Of a stretch of DNA of 32,000 bases, positions 27,891-32,000 are shown in pieces. Location: assembly GCA_964570075.1 (NCBI GenBank), contig CAZMWF010000029.1:3290-35289 (forward strand). Direction: 5' to 3'. A program made the translations under genes and the position numbers. Position 1 is the stretch's first letter, and every line of letters starts with the position of its first letter. The notes beneath the pieces were generated by a model. It was not told the origin of the DNA. It did not search any database and saw only the letters and a program-made list of their open reading frames with translations. The DNA comes from an uncultured Syntrophaceae bacterium (lineage in GTDB: Bacteria; Desulfobacterota; BSN033; UBA1163).

Positions 27891-29441
27891 TCACTCCATC
27901 TTAATATAGGTTGGATAAAATTTTTCGGTACTGGTCACCACCATTCCCTTAATCTTTTTAGAATAGGCAATCACAAACTTTTCTACATGGAGCCAAATCC
28001 ATGGACAATCATCCCAGACTATCTCCGAAGCCTTCTTCAAAATTTCCAGTCGTTTCTTAGGATCCTGTTCCATTCTTGAGGCGTCCATCAATTTGTCATA
28101 TTCAGGATTACTATAAAAAGCGGATCCTAACCCTTTGGGAGGATTGACGCTCGAGTGAAACTGACCATAGAGCCCCATGTCTGCATCAAGAATTAATGGC
28201 CCCCATCCTAAAAGGAAGACCTCCAATTCGGTCTGATCGAGGGGTTTCGTTAATCCCGCAACATAGGTCGGCCAATCATAGGTTCTGAGCTCGGTCTTTA
28301 CCCCAATGGCCTGAAGATAAGCCTGAACCGCTTCGGAGACCTGTTTATCGAAAAGATACCGACCCTGAGGGGTTCTCATCTTCACGGTTTGATTGAAATC
28401 AAAATTCGCTTTTTTTAGAAGTTCCTTTGCTTTTTCAGGATTATACTCATACTGATGGGCCATCCTGTGATAGCCAAAAAGGATCGGAGAGACAGGTCCA
28501 TCCATCGGGACTGCCGTATCAAAAAGGATCTTGCTGCAGATGGCCTTCTTATCGACGGCATAATTAAAAGCCTGCCTTACCAGTTTATTCTTCGTAACCC
28601 CCTTTTGGCAATTCAATCCCATGAAGATCGTTCTCGTATCCAGCGGCATCTCTACGGTAATATTAGGATCCGCTTTCAAAGAGGCCACATTCGATGGAAT
28701 CGGTTTATAGCAGACATCGATCTGGCCGGTTCGAAGCATCGTTTCTCGTGTCGCATCATCAGGAATGATTTTGAAGGTCAATCTCTCCACCGTGGGCTTT
28801 GGGCCGTAGTAATTTTCGTTTCGCACCAGGACAATCCGATCCCCCTTTACCCATTCCTTTAGCACAAAGGGGCCTGCTCCTACTGGATGTTGGCGAACCT
28901 CCTCTCCATATTTTTCTATGGCGGCTGGAGAAATGGGACTGGTGATCGTCAAAGAGAGGGTAGGAGCAAAAGGAGCAAAGGGATATTTGAGTTCGATTTT
29001 GAGGGTGGAATCGTCAATCACCTTTACCTCCTTAATCATAGCAATAGCAAAACGGAGAGGAACCCTCATCTTTGGATCAAGGGCTCGGTCAAAGGTCAAT
29101 TTCACTGCTTTGGCATCGCAGGGAGTCCCATCGCTAAACTTCACTCCTTTTCTGAGATGGATGAGATAGGTCAGGCCATCTTTGGAGACCTCATATTTGG
29201 TGGCCAATCGCCCTTCTAATTTTCCATCTGGGGTTTGAAAAAAGAGGGTGTCATGAATTAAATCGCTTATATTCTGCATCAATGTGGTCGTATGTTCCTG
29301 AGGATTCAATGTATCCGCATCAATTCCGATCCCAATTCGTAGCTCTTTAATTTGGGCTGGAGTCTGAGAAATGAGGGTCATGACCATCCCCAGGATAAAA
29401 AAAGCGAAAACTAAAATTTTAGAACAAATATTTTTTCCCAT
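27891..29441 (-). CDS. ABC transporter substrate-binding protein, family 5 (DppA/OppA-like)
   Basis: Length is 516 aa with a signal peptide. It shows the typical SBP_bac_5 pattern (LRIGIGIDADTLNP...GPFVLKEWVKGDRIVLVRNENYYG). An RBS (AAAGGAGGAAG) lies upstream. Confidence 0.9.
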   Translation of the reverse strand: MGKNICSKILVFAFFILGMVMTLISQTPAQIKELRIGIGIDADTLNPQEHTTTLMQNISDLIHDTLFFQTPDGKLEGRLATKYEVSKDGLTYLIHLRKGVKFSDGTPCDAKAVKLTFDRALDPKMRVPLRFAIAMIKEVKVIDDSTLKIELKYPFAPFAPTLSLTITSPISPAAIEKYGEEVRQHPVGAGPFVLKEWVKGDRIVLVRNENYYGPKPTVERLTFKIIPDDATRETMLRTGQIDVCYKPIPSNVASLKADPNITVEMPLDTRTIFMGLNCQKGVTKNKLVRQAFNYAVDKKAICSKILFDTAVPMDGPVSPILFGYHRMAHQYEYNPEKAKELLKKANFDFNQTVKMRTPQGRYLFDKQVSEAVQAYLQAIGVKTELRTYDWPTYVAGLTKPLDQTELEVFLLGWGPLILDADMGLYGQFHSSVNPPKGLGSAFYSNPEYDKLMDASRMEQDPKKRLEILKKASEIVWDDCPWIWLHVEKFVIAYSKKIKGMVVTSTEKFYPTYIKME

Positions 29442-29470
29442 CTTCTTCCTCCTTTCTTAAACCATTGGAT

Positions 29471-30670
29471 TTAGATTTGGCATTTGAAAAATTGTCCTTC
29501 TTTCATAATGGCCAAAATCTTTTCCCTCTCCTGGAGTAACGTGATCTCCTGAAGGGGATCTCCGTCAATGACGACCAGATCGGCTATTTTTCCTTCTTCA
29601 ATCGTTCCGATTTTTTGTTCCAACCCCAATACTTCAGAGGCGGTTTGGGTGGCGGCGACGATGGCCTCCATCGGGCTCAGTCCTATTTTAACGAGCAACT
29701 CCATCTCTTTCAAATTCTTGCCGTGACAGTTAAAGGGAGTGCCTGCATCGGTTCCCATGGCGATGCGGATCCCAGCTCGATAGGCTCTCCGGACACTTTC
29801 CCAATGACGTTTAATGACTGCCTTGGATTTCTCAACGGCAAAGGGAGGAACTCCTCTCCTCACCCCTGCCTGAATAATAAAATAGGGAGCACTGAGAGTG
29901 GGTATCAGAAAGGTCTTCATCTCTAACATCAACTCGATGGCTTCGTCATCCAGGAAAAATCCATGTTCGATGGAGGTGACCCCTGCCCATAGAGAATTCT
30001 TGATCCCTTCTGTGCCTTGGGCATGAGTGGCGGTTCGCCTTCCAGCCTTTCTCGCCTCTTCTACCCCAGCCATCAACTCCTCGAGAGTAAACTGAGTGGC
30101 TCCAGGTTCCACCCCCTTCGTCATTACCCCACCCGTTGCCATTAATTTAACGAAATCAACCCCTGCTTTAAGCTGTTCTCGAACCGCTGCCCTCACCTCG
30201 TCTACTCCATTGGCTTCCCGCCCAAAGGGCCAACCATGGCCGCCAGTCATACAGACCAATTTCCCACTACAGACCATCCTGGGGCCTATTAGAAGTCCAG
30301 ATTGAATTCCGTCTCGAAGAGCGAGATCGATATAGTCCTTCCCTCCCATATCCCGAACCGTGGTTATCCCCGCTTCGAGGGTCATTCGAGCATGGTGAGC
30401 GGCCTTCAGGGTAATCTGAGGAATAGATTCCTTTAAAATAGATGAGATAGGATCAGGGCTCCCATCCAGACAGAAATGGACATGGGTATCAATCAAACCT
30501 GGCAGAATCGTCTTTCCAGAAAGGTCAAAAATGCTCGCCTTCCTTGCTGACGGAACCCTCTTCCCGGATCCAACAAATTTTATCCACCTTCCTTCTACAA
30601 TGACCATTCCCTTCTCAATGATCTTTCCATTCCCAACAATAATTTTACCATTTCTAAATTGAATAGCCAT
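29471..30670 (-). CDS. Metal-dependent amidohydrolase-superfamily protein
   Basis: Motif LPGLIDTHVHF supplies the HxH metal ligands. VDFVKLMATGGV, ATHAQG and SIEHG...GTDAG are also present. I prefer ATG 30670, which follows GGGAGGAA, over ATG 30706. Confidence 0.85.
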   Translation of the reverse strand: MAIQFRNGKIIVGNGKIIEKGMVIVEGRWIKFVGSGKRVPSARKASIFDLSGKTILPGLIDTHVHFCLDGSPDPISSILKESIPQITLKAAHHARMTLEAGITTVRDMGGKDYIDLALRDGIQSGLLIGPRMVCSGKLVCMTGGHGWPFGREANGVDEVRAAVREQLKAGVDFVKLMATGGVMTKGVEPGATQFTLEELMAGVEEARKAGRRTATHAQGTEGIKNSLWAGVTSIEHGFFLDDEAIELMLEMKTFLIPTLSAPYFIIQAGVRRGVPPFAVEKSKAVIKRHWESVRRAYRAGIRIAMGTDAGTPFNCHGKNLKEMELLVKIGLSPMEAIVAATQTASEVLGLEQKIGTIEEGKIADLVVIDGDPLQEITLLQEREKILAIMKEGQFFKCQI

Positions 30671-30729
30671 TGGATTCCTCCCACGGATGGATCCTTCATG
30701 GTTCATCCCAATTCATCCCTATTCGTCCC

Positions 30730-31947
30730 TTAAAAATATTGGATTGTCCCATCGGGATAGAGGGCCACCTTTGCCTCCTTTCCCCACTCGGCTCTCAACA
30801 ATTCCAGAACTTCTTCCCATGTCTTAACCCAGAGAATATTCGAAACCTTCCCGAAAAAACAAGCCCCTACGTGATCTCTAATAGGGGAAAGAATGATCAT
30901 CCGCTTCACCTTGGTCGGAAGAGGTTGAGGAAGTCGAAGCCTCCCTTCCCCACATCTTCCAAATTCGCCAAAAAGGTAATGGACCATCTGTCCTGAAGGT
31001 TCATTGGCAATGATCACCAGATCTCCTCCTTCTTCTTTTAAAGAAGGAATCCCGATAAAAGGGGCAATGGCGGCCTCGTTCGCTTTCGAAAAGGTGTTCA
31101 CGACAACAATATCCATCCCCCTGGCAGGAGTGGTAAGATAGACCTCTCTGGCCAATTTCATCCCTTCGTGGTGCTCCTGGAGAGGATCCCCTACAAAGAG
31201 GCTCGTGATCTCTCCTCGAAGATTAAGGATGGCGTCAATCTTTAAATCAAGTTTTGCCATTCGGGCCGCTTCTTCCATGTCGAAACGCGGGATGTTTCCA
31301 TCCATCCTTCCTAATCCCACACATTCAGGATACTTTTGAATGAGACTATGATTATGAGCAATGGAATCGATATGGGCAACCCCGGGAAGGATAATCTTGG
31401 CTCCTCCTCCAAAGCCTGAAAAAGAATGGGGAACAATACACCCAATCCCAATTTTTAGATCACAGGCCATCACTTCTTTATTGATTGAAACGGGAGTCCC
31501 GTAACTTGTTTTTCCAAGATATTGACAATAATCGAAGGGATGATGATTATAGACGGGAAAACGGTCCAGCACCTCCTGTCCAAGTTTTTTCTTAAAATCG
31601 TTGGCGGTGTGAGCCCCGTGGGCACCCAAAGCGGCTATTAAACGAACTTGATTATCTTGGATCTTGGCTTTCTCAAGCTCTCTCAACACAAAAGGAAGGA
31701 TGTGATAAACGGGGGTCGGTCTGGCCAGATCATCAAATAGAATGACAATCTCCCTCTTCCCTTTAGCCAACTCGTGGAGAGGAGGAGTTCCAATGGGATG
31801 GGTAAAAGCTTCCTCCATTTCTCTCCCGTTGAGTCTCCTCTTTTCTCCTCCTTTCATCGGACAGTAGAAGAGAGACCAGGACGAAGGAAATTCTAATTCC
31901 ATCTCTGTCTTTCCGTACCAGAGAAGTTGAGGAACCTTGACTTTCAT
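30730..31947 (-). CDS. LarA-like (DUF2088) protein, a putative nickel-pincer-cofactor-dependent 2-hydroxyacid racemase/epimerase homologue
   Basis: Motif HPIGTPPLHELAKGKREIVILFDDLARPTP resembles the LarA N-terminal domain. ALGAHGAHT and PHSFSGFGGGAKIILPG are also present; the latter carries the His and Lys positions I recall for LarA His174/Lys184. VAHIDSIAHNH follows. Confidence 0.7.
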   Translation of the reverse strand: MKVKVPQLLWYGKTEMELEFPSSWSLFYCPMKGGEKRRLNGREMEEAFTHPIGTPPLHELAKGKREIVILFDDLARPTPVYHILPFVLRELEKAKIQDNQVRLIAALGAHGAHTANDFKKKLGQEVLDRFPVYNHHPFDYCQYLGKTSYGTPVSINKEVMACDLKIGIGCIVPHSFSGFGGGAKIILPGVAHIDSIAHNHSLIQKYPECVGLGRMDGNIPRFDMEEAARMAKLDLKIDAILNLRGEITSLFVGDPLQEHHEGMKLAREVYLTTPARGMDIVVVNTFSKANEAAIAPFIGIPSLKEEGGDLVIIANEPSGQMVHYLFGEFGRCGEGRLRLPQPLPTKVKRMIILSPIRDHVGACFFGKVSNILWVKTWEEVLELLRAEWGKEAKVALYPDGTIQYF

Positions 31948-32000
31948 ACTCTAATGAGGATTAAAGGATTCAAGGGGTCAAGGAGTTATCCAATAAAAAG

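Overview
This is about 32 kb of bacterial chromosome with moderate GC and K/E/I-rich proteins. It carries anaerobe hallmark enzymes. I support 31 protein-coding genes, 26 of them on the minus strand. I found no rRNA, tRNA, CRISPR, transposase or integrase. All family assignments come from reading motifs by eye; no database search was run.

Layout from left to right:
(1) 1-4705 (-): a four-gene redox module. It comprises a tungsten AOR-family protein, a poly-ferredoxin, an HdrD-like CCG protein and an HdrA-like flavoprotein. The order matches bamB-C-D-E of the ATP-independent class II benzoyl-CoA reductase. The HdrA-like gene is split in the ORF track by an in-frame TGA. That TGA sits exactly on a conserved Cys, so it is probably selenocysteine, and a hairpin lies downstream of it.
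(2) 4883-11441: mixed genes. These are a small AbrB/DUF2080-like gene paired with a GNAT, an aldo-keto reductase with an Fe-S tail, a J-domain protein behind a very AT-rich spacer, a 4-OT tautomerase, and katG divergent from a Fur/PerR-like regulator with Fur-box-like palindromes.
(3) 11446-20844 (-): the most interesting region, a nine-gene array that is contiguous apart from one 97-nt gap at 14875-14971. Its order is thiolase, two SAM methyltransferases, a LolA-like carrier, a ketosynthase, a catalytically dead CLF-like ketosynthase, a CrtI-like flavin desaturase, a LolB/DUF4292-like lipoprotein and a B12-binding radical SAM enzyme. No ACP, KR or DH is present. I read it as an uncharacterised envelope lipid or polyketide-like modification and export system.
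(4) A diverged 34-77 bp intergenic repeat occurs four times. Two copies form an inverted pair between the thiolase operon and a divergent orphan secreted-protein gene.
(5) 21762-24073: a second thiolase and a nitroreductase.
(6) 24076-31947 (-): a seven-gene operon. It encodes a LarA-like (DUF2088) enzyme, an amidohydrolase and a complete Dpp/Opp-type ABC importer.
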